Shown here in pieces: positions 51,531 to 63,397 of a DNA stretch of 64,000 nucleotides. Location of the stretch: the NCBI GenBank assembly GCA_002245135.1, contig NGBS01000003.1:186001-250000 (forward strand), in the 5' to 3' direction. Under the pieces are notes generated by a model that made no database searches, was not told where the DNA came from, and saw only the letters and a program-made list of their open reading frames with translations. The position numbers and the translations under genes are program-made. Source of the DNA: Proteromonas lacertae (lineage: Eukaryota). The first letter of the stretch is position 1. Every line of letters starts with the position of its first letter.

Positions 51531-54500
51531 TTAATCACTATCATCATCATTATAATTATTAATTCTAGCATTTGTCCAAGCAGTAGCTTCAGTATACCTC
51601 GTAATAATTGGATATTGTGTAACAATCGTCGATGAAACATGATTCAATAAAAACCTAATCATTATAATATCACCAATAAAATTCTTTGGAACTGATGATA
51701 AAAAGAAATAATAAATAGTTGTCTGTATAATAAATAACACAACAAAATAAGCTGAGACAATTATAATCAACGTCTCTAATGAACTGAACATAATATCATC
51801 AGTTAAACTAATGATCTCCAATAATTGTTTATGTAAATTCCTATTTGTGATTAAATCCTTAAACATCAAATAAGTTGGATGATTAAACGACAATTTTGTT
51901 CTCTCTTCATTATATATAGAAAAACTGATTCTATAATACTCATTAATAGTAGAATCTAGTGATCTCTGGTAATAATTATCAGTAAAGTATGAAAAATATG
52001 ATTGTTTAAATATATCACTTGGTAAATCATATAAGTCTTGATATTCAATATCACCATTATCACAATGCCAAGAGGAACAAGATTGATAATACATCAAATT
52101 ATTTAACTCACTTTCCAACATTTTATGATATTTATTATATTTTGTTATGTCATCACTGTGTTTTATTGTTTCTTGTATTACATATTCTATTTTATTAATT
52201 GACATCATTCTATATCCCTTATATAACAAAGCACCTACTAACTGTTTTTCATCTTGTAACATAAAAATGAATAGCAATAACAATGCAATTCCTAGTATAA
52301 ATTCAACAAATAAAATCCAATAAATATTATGTGTTTTCTTTTTCAAAGTTTTACATTTATATGATTCTTGAGTAAAGAATTTAATCTTTTCTTCTACTAC
52401 AAGAGGGTTGGAAGGATTATTCTCTAAAGTCCATACTTCCTCTGTTCTTGATTTATATTTCTCTTTTTCCATTTCTTCACAATAAGAAGAAGAAGCAACA
52501 TTATTTCTTTTATTTAATAAATATTCAAAACTTTCTGTTAATCTTTCACATTCATAATCAGGTATCATTTTGATTATATCAAATCCTATATGTTGTTCTA
52601 AATGTCCCAATCTAATTTTATTTCTAAACAAAAACACTGAAACAATCAAAAATACTGATTTCATTACAACATAGATAATAATCACATATAAAATAACATC
52701 TAATCGATGAACAACATTATCATAACTTTCCTTTAATACTGGAAAATAAGAATCAGGAATTTCAACAGTATTATATAATACATTATTTTCTTCTTCTTTA
52801 ACTAATGCTTTTGAGATTATTGAAGTATCTTGTTTATTATATTCAGTCAAAATTGTATGTACTGAATTAATCAATCTAGATCTTGCATCAGTTAAATATA
52901 CTTCTTCCATATATTCTCTACCATTAATTAACCATTTCGTTATACTCAATTTCTTTCTATCACCTAAATGAGCTAATCTACAAGTACCACTGATGATTAT
53001 ATTATCTGAAGGACATCTTAATAATGGATAATATATAGATTTTAAATGAACTAAGTCATCTGACATTAAATTAAGCCAATAATTAACATGTCCTGGATCA
53101 GAAGAGATTGTGATTTGATAAACATCTATCAAGTTCTGATATAGGAAATATGGAGTTAATAAAATTGAATGATAATATTTCACAAAGTACCAAAAGTAAA
53201 CAATCAATAAAATACATACAATCCCACTGATTACAGTAAATATAATAGCTTCAATGATATAATAATATAATGTAAATTTCTCCAAGTATTGCAAACCCAT
53301 TCCATTGTCAAAACTTACTTTATTCTTATCATCTTTCATTGCTATTGTCTTTTTCATTTGTGTTTTTTTATTGGCTAATAAATTCTCCCTCACTCTATCC
53401 AATGAATTCTTCATTTTTAGATCCTTTGTAATAGAATTATCACTACCAACGGATAGATTTGTAACAGATGCATTATTATTAACGAAACTATCTTCATCCT
53501 CTCTAGCACTATCCATTACTTCATCATCATCATCACTTAATCTATTCTCCCTATTATTCATAAATATATCAGGATTTTCTATCTCGTCAGCCCAATCATA
53601 TAATTCATCTGCTTTTACTAAATCATCTCGAACATATTGCATGTAATTACCATATCCTCTTAACACTTCAGCATGGCCTGGAAACTTTGTCATTAATGTA
53701 TGGTAGGAGTTATTGACTTTGGCATCAACATCACGGATTTGACCAAATATATTTTGCATTCTGACAGCTATTATATGATTTGGTAGCGTTTTTGTCATTG
53801 ACATGTTTCTCCAGAATGTAAATAATAATGTAATTAACTTCTAATAAAATAATAATTATAATAATAATTATATATATATATATATATATACTTCATGTTG
53901 TTTTTGTGATTGATTGAATGCTCTCTTATATTCCACTTCTTTGTAATTGTCTATATTCTTAGTTGGATTGTTATTTTTGTTCTTATTGTTAGTTTCATAT
54001 AATTCATTTGTTTCATTGATGCTTTGTTTTTCTTCTAATAACAATAATGAATGGTACAATAAATATTTCAAGTCATAGGGTGATATATCAGGTATTTTCA
54101 TAACTATAGTTTCTAACTCCTGATTATAAATAATGGAATAATTCAAAAAATATGCCCAAAATGAAGATTCAGTTGAATATTTACCTATATTACCTTTAAA
54201 CACCATATATGCAGTATGGTAAAATTCATTATCAGGCTTTTGCACCATTTCTGCAGCAATACTAATAGCAAAAAACAAATCATAAGGTGAATGTGTTTGT
54301 TTAATATAACCAGGAAATGTTTCAGATGGATTAGATATTCCTTTTGTTGTTTTAATGGCAAAATCACTATTGGCATGACTGAGTAGATTTTCTGTTTCAT
54401 TTTTCTTTGATCCTGATGATAATAATACATTTTGAAATTTTTCTGAATTAAATATTCTCTTTTTATAAAATTCTATAATATTAATAATAATAATAATATA

Positions 54501-55629
54501 TATATATATACTGAATAAATAATTAATTCCAATAACTCCTGGAATTATTGACACAATGAATATTATTGTAGTTGCTAACTCTGGCACTCCCCATACTCTT
54601 AAACAATCAAATATTATACCAGCACTTGGAATATATTGACTTATTAACATCTAATATATATATATAAATATGATTAAAATTGTTAATACTTTTCGATTAT
54701 TTTTAATTTCATAATAAGGCATATAAAACCATATTCTATACACTGAATATAATATAAAACATAATCTCACTACTGTGGTTATATTTGACGATATTAATAA
54801 TGCATTCCAAGTACAAGTTACATATAGAAATATGTTATATATTTTTATATAGAATAATTGTCTTCCATTGATTACTCGTGAATTATGGTGTAATAATAAT
54901 AAATATGAATGAGTAAATATAAAGAATGCAATGATAAATAGTGTAATTATACCAAATATAGAATGTGCAGCTGTAGATGTCTAATTAATTAAAAACAATT
55001 ATTAATACATACATTATAACACTGTATTTTCCCTTCTACTCGTGAGATATAAATACCATTAGAATTTTTAGAGCAAAATATATAAGTACCAACAGAATTT
55101 ATTGAAGGTATGTACAAATACACTGTAAATATACTTAAAAATCCTCTTAATATCTTAATATGCAGTGAATTGAATGGTTTCTTATAATAGGCAGTAAGGC
55201 ATACATAAAAAAACAACATTGCTGCTAAAATATGAATTACAACAATGATCCAGAATGCCGCTTCATAACTTCGGAATATGAACCAAACAGTGTCTGCGAA
55301 AAATGATGTTATTTTTGATATATATTCTCCAACCACAGAATAATCTTCAGGTTTAAAAAAGGCACAATGCGTTAGGAGTAAATAATATTAAGAAATTTAA
55401 TCGCATGATTATTTTAAATAAATGATATTTAATCCTGTCCATAAGAAATACAGATAAGAATTACTTTCAAAAGGAAGCGGCTTTCCTGTTAAAGCATATA
55501 CAACTATGAAGTATGTAGTCTCTATTTTTGTTAAAGCGATCTTCTGTTTTATTCTTCTTAGTGAATTCGCTTTGGATTTAGAATGATTTGGGCTTCTAGG
55601 TAAAATAATAAAATAAAATACCTGGCCAT
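51531..55629 (-). CDS. TmcB/TmcC (tiny macrocysts)-like multi-pass membrane protein
   Basis: N-terminal multi-TM region, TPR-like YHTLMTKFPGHAEVLRGYGNYMQYVRDD, paired TM helices flanking extracellular domains, DIIKMIP and IRFLLNHV motifs. Contains an AT-AC intron. Confidence 0.65.
55378..55428 (-). other. U12-type AT-AC intron, 51 nt
   Basis: Minus strand ATATCATTT...TTTCTTAATATTATTTAC. The phase-1 join A|TC gives WTGL-I-LTHCAFF and removes an in-frame stop. Confidence 0.8.
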
Positions 55630-55753
55630 CTGATATACAGACTGTGTATTGATTGGCAGATTACTAAGCTTTAAATATTTTGAAAAAACGAATTGGGTGT
55701 AACAAAAATAAACGAAAAATATTATCATTTTTTATATTCGTTATTTAAGTGAT

Positions 55754-56924
55754 ATGGAAACACAAGACTTATCAGCAGCGGTTCGTATTATTATTATTAT
55801 GATTGAATAGGTGGGTTTTTATTCCAAACAAAATGTCGTTCTTGGAAGCCAATATATCGAATTACTTATGTTATAGCCATATTTTTAATATTTGGAGTGA
55901 TTTTATTTGCATTATCCTTACCTATAATGAATACTTCATCAAATGTATTTTTAATTTGAATTATTTTAAATTAGATACAAGAATATGAATATCAATATGA
56001 TGGGGATGGTGCTGCAACATCAGAATGTAAATTAGGTGAAGGCACATATAATAAACAATGCACAGTATAAATAATTACTTAATATGTAGATAAAAATAAA
56101 AGTAACAGAAAAAATGGAAGCACCCATCTATGTATATTATGGTCTTGACAATTTTTATCAAAATCATCGAAGATTTGTACAAAGTAGAAGTGATAACCAA
56201 TTATTAGGTGAAGATGTTAAAGACAGTTCATTAGATGATGATTGTGATCCACTTCCTAAAGCTCCTAATGGTAAATACTACTGGCCTTGTGGATTAGCTG
56301 CTCAAAGCTTTTTTAATGGTATAATAATAATAATAATAATCTATAATTATATATTAAAAATAGACTCTATTAAATTAGCATCACCTACTGATATTGTAAT
56401 GTATGAAAGTGATATAACATGGAAATCTGATAGAGAAAAGAAATTTAAAAATCCAAAGTCAGTAAATAAAGATAAATATGTGTATTTAGATGATTCATTT
56501 CCTGGTTTAATAAGTCTTGATAAAAGCAATGATAGTACTAAATCTAATTATTATGGTGGAGGTGTGCAGGATGAGCATTTTATTGTTTGGATGAAAACTG
56601 CTGCTTTACCAAACTTTAGAAAATTATATGGAAGAATAACAGAAGATGTTGAAGCTGATACTGAATTAGAATTTACAATTAATGCTAGTATATATATATT
56701 AATATATTGATATAGATTTTCCTGTTTACCAATTCAAAGGGAAGAAATATATAATAGTAGCTACAACTGGATGGATTGGAGGTAAAAATACATTTTTGGG
56801 TATTTGTTATTTAGTAGTTGGTATTCTTTCTTGTGTAATTGGAGTAATATTTTTAATTAAACATATTATTAAACCAAGGAAGTTTGGAGATGTTGATAGT
56901 ATTAATTGGAGTAAGCTTGATTGA
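55754..56924 (+). CDS. CDC50: CDC50/LEM3 P4-ATPase flippase beta subunit
   Basis: MEAPIYVYYGLDNFYQNHRRFVQSRS, PCGLAAQSFFN, EHFIVWMKTAALPNFRKLYG, WIGGKNTFLG. Five introns. Confidence 0.93.
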
Positions 56925-57170
56925 GATAGTTATCTATTTTAGTTATATTCTTGTGTTTGTTCATAAAAATATCTATATAGACACTAAATGTAACTAATTT
57001 TATCATTATCACATTTTGCAATTTTATAGAGCATAATGAATGGATTTATACACCAATATAATCTTCAATATAGGTATTTAGGATGTTTTTTTAATCTTTT
57101 TAATTTTTGGGTTATTCAAAATTTTGATAAAAATCGAATTTCGTTATTTTTGTTTTATATTTACATAAAG

Positions 57171-59377
57171 ATGATAATAAAAGTGAATAAAAGCATAAGA
57201 GAAGAGGGGTATATTTTATATTTATTTTTATGATAGATTATGTCGAAAATTGGTCGAAAGTGGTTTTGGTGATATAGAAGTGAAGATTAGAGATAATCGA
57301 ATAATGTCAATCAAATCAATTTTAGTGAATGGAAATGAAACTGTAAAGAAACTGTTGTTAGATCGTGAGTTTGTTGGGGTTTTCGAGTTATATGAAGAAA
57401 TCGAAGAAATTGGCTATTATGAGATGGAGAAATACTACAGTGGTGGTGAACTGATAATCTGTAAAGAGAGTGTGTGTGAAGTGTTGATGTTTTGTTTATG
57501 TTATTGTGAAAAAGAGATAATAAATGATTGTTATGAATTTATGAAGAATAATATAGATGAAGATGTGTTAATGAAATTAATTCATATATGTAATGTATTT
57601 GGTGGATGTTTGAGAGAGATAGAAGACTTGAAAAATATGGAAATAGAAAAGCGAGGATATAAATATTTATATAAAAATGAATATTTGCTGAGATTAGAAA
57701 TGAATAATTTGATTGAGATATTAAATATGAAAGATGTGATAATAGTGAATGAGTTATGGTTATTAAATCGGTTATTGGAATGGTATAAATTCCAAAAGAA
57801 TAAGAAAGATAATAATGAAGAGATTAAAGATGATTTTAAACAATTGATAGAAGAAGATATCGATTATGAAAAGATAAAAGAGAAAGAGATAGAAAAAGAG
57901 AATAAAGAAATGTTGAAAGAAATGAAAATAGAATTGAAGAAAAATGAATGTAAAAATCATATAGAAATATATTGTATAAAAGATGAGAGAATTCAAAATG
58001 TAATAATCAACAATTACAATGAAGATAATAAAGAAGAAGACTTTAATGAAGAAGAAAGAAGAATATTGGATAGAATGGAAGAAAAAGAATTGAATGATGA
58101 AATAATGTGTATATTAGAAATGAATAATATAAAAATGATGGAAATAGTATTGATGATAATGAAATATAAAAATGTGAAAATGGAAAGTATAAATACTAAA
58201 AATATATTTAAATAGAATATATCTCAAATACAGAAAAGAGAAATATATTGGAAAGATTATATAAGAATATAATGAGAATAAAAGAAATCGAACAATGAAA
58301 TGTTTATGTTTATTTGTTGATGATAAAAAGAGTGTTTCAATAATAGAAGAAGTATGTGGAAAAGGAATTCTTTTTAGAATATTGAATGAAGATAATTATC
58401 TACATTCCAAATCGAAAGAATTATTAATAGAATATATAAAAGAGAATAAATTGAGTTTCGAAGAAGAAGAAGAAATGATTGTAATAATGAAAGATAAAGA
58501 ATTATTGAGTGAATTAAAAACAAAAGAAATCACATCATTTTCATATCCTCAATCAGAATATTCATTTGAAATAAATAAAGAAATATCAATAATTCCATCA
58601 TTTGATGGAAATCGATGTGAATTTTCAATCAATCCATCATTGCCAGATGGAATAATGATAGAGAAAGAAAGTGGAATAATTAATGGAAAAATGAATAAAG
58701 AAATCAAAAATAGAGAATATGAAATAAATTGTAAGAATATTATAAATGAAAAGAAATTCAAAATTTCATTAGAATTTGATGATGTAAAATTCACAGAATT
58801 AAACAAAAGTGATAAAATATTAATATCAAATAATGGAAAATTAATAACAAAAACAAATACAAATTATGGTTGGAATCATTGTTATTTAAATAAGAAAATG
58901 GAAAATGGAATTTATCATATCAAATATAAATATTATCGAAATGGAAGTTATTATGATGATATGATGGTAGGATTATCAACTGATAATACATATTCTGGTT
59001 ATGATATTCATAATGAATCAACAACATGTAATTATTATGCATTTAATGGTGAAAGTTTAGATATTACTCCATATTGTCATATTGGAAGAGTTGTTAATAA
59101 AAATCCAAATTTCAATAATCATGGAGATGGTTCAATTTATGAAGTGATTGTTGATATGAATAAAAGAGAATTTTGGATAAGTCATAATAATTCATCTCCT
59201 GTTTTACTTGTTAAAGATTTGCCTTCTCCATTATATCAATATGTTGTGTTATTTGGTAAAACCACTTCAGTTGAGCTATTATCAGTTTCACATATTGGGT
59301 TAGGGAAGAGATGTGCCTTTCGAGAATTATCGCCTATATCGTCTCATCCACCTCCTTATAAGTTTCCTATAGATTAG
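57171..59377 (+). CDS. BTB/BACK-like - He_PIG (Ig-like) - SPRY-like protein (frameshift near 58263)
   Basis: BTB-like GFGDIEVKI...MEKYYSGGELII, BACK-like NELWLLNRLLEW, Ig-like FSINPSLPDGIMIEKESGIING, SPRY-like IVDMNKREFWIS...LPSPLY. Confidence 0.6.
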
Positions 59378-59529
59378 AATTAAATTTTAGTCAAGTATAT
59401 TCTTTTTCTCCCCGATATTTTTATTTAGATTTAATTTACATAACTCTTAAAAAACACAAAATAATAACCAAAAATATATTTTATCTTAAAAAAACAGGTT
59501 CAATTATATATAAAACCTATTTATCTTCT

Positions 59530-61217
59530 TTATAATCCATTTACTCCATTTTCCATTCCCCATTTCTTTATTATTCTAGTGATATACTCAACTTGAGGAT
59601 TACTTGGAGAACTTCTCAACATTTTTACTACTTCTTTCAAACTATCTTTATTCTCTACTCCAGCTACTACTTGTTGAAATACACCAACACAAGCACCTCG
59701 TTTACCTTCAAATAAATCAGGATCACTGTCTAATCTCTCCAATATACTAAACGCTTTGGCTGAATAGAAGAATGCTCCCATTTTGTAACATTCATTCGCT
59801 ATTAATGTCAATAAACTGAATGTATCTTGACCACTTTCCATATTCACATATAAATTCCAAGCTTTTTGAGGTTTGCCATTCATTATATAACATCTACATA
59901 ACCAACTGATATATACATAATCTTCACGATATTTCTCATTCTGAATTGATTCAAAACATTCTTCAGCTGTTTGATAATCACCTGTGGATGCTGTACTTAT
60001 TCCATAATTCCAATTAAATTCATCATTATTTTGCATATATGGTTTAATTGATTTTAAATAGATATTCACATCTTCAAATTGATTAATTAAATAGAAACAA
60101 GAGGCCATACATTCTCTACCAGGTATTGTATCACATTCAGTGGGAGATGAGCCAACTAATTGGAAGTATTGTTGAGCTGTTCTTAAATGTTCACGACTAT
60201 TTGTACTTTGACCTATATAAGTATTAACTATGGCTTTTAAGATGAATTCAGTTGGACATTGGGGTTCTACATCTTTCATTAAATCATAAGCTTCATGAAT
60301 CTCATCATTTCGTAAATAAAATATTACTAAATTCAATCGTGCTTCTGGGATTAAATCAACTAATGGAGGTAAGACCTGTAAAGCATTTTCACCATTTCGA
60401 AATACTACTAAATTGTGTTTTATTAAATCGTTATCTAATATATTATATCCTTTATCTTGTAATGCTTTTAAATCAGTTTCTGCAGCTTTTCCATTGTATA
60501 ATCTACTACTATTACAAGCTTTCAAATTCAACGCAACTACACTATCAGCATGACTTTGTAAATAAACTGTTAAGATTTCTAAACTTACATCATAATAATC
60601 CATTTTGTAATAACACATTGCTATATATACATTCAATGCAATATTGTCTCTCTCTTCTAATAAGATCTTTTTATAAGCATCTGTAGCTTCTTGATAATTT
60701 CCTCGCAAATAGTGCAATGCTGCAATACTCAATTGATCTTCGATCTTGTCAGTGATTTTTTGATGGATACTCACTAATTTATTATCATCATTGTCGTGAT
60801 GAGCTAAATACAGTTGAATACGAGTTTTTAATGGGCAATCTGGTCCTAGTTCTACTTCATCAGCTGCTTCTTTCCATAATTGCAAATAATAATAACAGGC
60901 AGCCATATATAAATGAACTTCTTTTCTTTCAGCATTTTCATTCAAAACATCTTGGTAACATTTCAAAGCCTTATCATATTGACCAGAATGAAATGCACAA
61001 TATGCGATCCACATATTACAGTCGTCATTGGCTTCTTCAGTGTTTTTGTAAAACTCTAATAAAGTAATAGCACCACTATAATCATTATTTTTCAAATATT
61101 CATCCAAATCAGGTTTCTTTTTCTTTTCTTGCTGAGATTGACTCCTCATCTAATAAAATTAAATATATAGGTTCATACGTTATTCCTGTTTTGGATCACA
61201 GCTTTTGACATCATCAT
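59530..61217 (-). CDS. IFT56: intraflagellar transport protein 56 (TTC26/DYF-13)
   Basis: DYSGAITLLEF, ALNVYIAMCYYKMDYYDVSLEIL, HNLVVFRNGENALQVLPPL, ECDTIPGR, IANECYKMG, EGKRGACVG. Confidence 0.95.
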
Positions 61218-61425
61218 TTTCGCTTAGGGGTTTACTTAAATCGAAAAACGATTTTAAAAATTAAAAACTGATGAAAAAACGAATATATTTTTTTGAATTT
61301 CGTTTTTTCAAATTTAAACATACAACAATATTACAAATATAAAAATATAATGATTAAATTCATAACAGAAGAGAAGACAATTAATACTATTCCTTAAATA
61401 AATAAATAACATAAATGACGTACAA

Positions 61426-63254
61426 TCAAAAAATGACACATCCACAACCACTTTTCTTTACTTCCACATTACCTTTCTCATTCTCATCAAACAAATCTTT
61501 ATCAAAAGTCTCTAAAAACATAGGAGTTGTAGGTGTAGGTTTCTTATTATTCACTTTATTTTTGTTGTTGTTGTTGTTGTTGTTACTCTTTGATTTTGGT
61601 GTAGAAGAAGCTGATGAATATTTATAACTAGCAACCGTACCAACTGATAGAGAATCTTGAGCATTATTATTCTGCATAGGATTTGGTTTAATTATTGTAG
61701 TTTGAAGACTTTGATGTTTTGTTCTAATATCAGATATATCAGTGGTTGTAGAAGTAGCAGATAGTGGAGGAGCAGGAGGATATATAAATTTATTATTAGA
61801 GTATACTAAAGGAGATAAAAGAGTTTGTTTTTTATGAGGAGATTTGATTGTTATTTTGTTATTATTATTATTATTATTATTATAAGGTAAGTTTGAATTT
61901 AATGTCAATTTACTACTAGTTGGATAATCATCGTAATTTGGACCAATTGAACTGCTGAAATGACTTTCTGACATTTTATACATTGTATCAAATCCTATAT
62001 ATATATAAAGTTATAAAAAATATATGATATACGTTTCAATTGAGCATAAGATATATTATGTTTCAATGGTGTAATAGCTTCATCAATCTCACGACTGGAT
62101 AAACAAATAACTGGAGCTCTATGCTCTACAAATGGCGAACAATTGAGTGGAGGATTTAAAAATTCACATTTCTTTAAATCATCTATTTTCCATCTTTTAT
62201 TAGGATCTTTCTCCAATAATCCTTTGATTAATTCTTTCAAATTGTTATCAATTGGTTCAGGGAATTGAACTTCATCATTCATTATTGAATTAAATAAAGT
62301 AGTCACATTCAAAGAAAAGAAAGGTAAAACACTGTAATGTAATATATAAATAGTAACACCAAAAGCCCAAAGATCAGTATAATAACCTGTATAACCATTA
62401 CCACTCAACATTTCTGGTGCATAAAAGTATAAAGTCCCTTCACTGTCTGTTAATGAATTGTGTGAATCTTCATTGGATTTGAACAAATGTGCTACACCAT
62501 AATCAGCCAATAGGAATTGATTGGATTGTGATTGGAGAATATTTTCTGGTTTTATGTCTCTATGAACGATTCTGTTTTTGTGTAAGTATTCTAATGCACT
62601 TGTGATGTCTTTTACTATTCGGTATATTGCTGTGTCGGTTAAACCACTTTGGTCTGATAGTAATATTGGATCATGAGCTTCATATTTGAGTATATTGCCA
62701 TTCCAAGTCATTATTGCACCTTTTTCTATATATTGTATTACCATATATCTATATATGATTAATATAATATAATAAAACAATACAAATGAGAAGAATCATC
62801 TGAATCTATTATTTTTATCAATCTAGCGATATGAGGATGTGATAGTCGTTTCATTATTGCTATTTCTTCTTGTATCTATCGGAAAATAATGAATAATTTG
62901 ATAATATACTTTATTCATAGCTGTTTCCATAACCATCTTGCCATTTACTTTTTTGAATTGTCTTGCACGTTTTAATTTAGATTTATCAATAGCCTAAAAT
63001 ATGTATTTATAGGAATTAATACTTTTATCGCATATTGTTCGTTATTAGCGTCATGTGATATATAGACTGTAGAATAAGCACCTTCGCCTAAAATTCCTGT
63101 GATTGTGTACCTATTTAAATATTCAGAACTGATAATACTCATTGACAGTTATGATATCCCCATCATCACCCTCTTCTTCATCGCATACAGATGATTTTGG
63201 AATACTATATTCTGAGGAAAGCTTATGCTGAGATGGACTTATTTCCTCATTCAT
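61426..63254 (-). CDS. CaMKK-like Ser/Thr kinase with C-terminal CaaX
   Basis: LGEGAYSTV, YAIK, QEEIAIMKRLSHPHI, HRDIKPENIL, ADYGV, GTLYFYAPE, DLWAFGVT. Ends KKSGCGCVIF*. Confidence 0.85.
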
Positions 63255-63397
63255 TCAGTCCGCTTAAATTCGAAAAAAACAGAAAACGACAAATTTTTGC
63301 TTGATGAATAAATTACTCAACTACATTATGTGAAAGAAAAAACAATACAAAAAATATAACAAACAATAGTATTTCGATAAGGAAAAATATTAAACAA

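Noticed and set aside
56954..56961. TGTTTGTT motif after CDC50, suggesting Blastocystis-type stop codons created by polyadenylation
   Set aside because: The motif is present, but every gene I could model has a genomic stop codon. The copy at 51350-51357 overlaps the ATG TTT GTT start of the He_PIG pseudogene.
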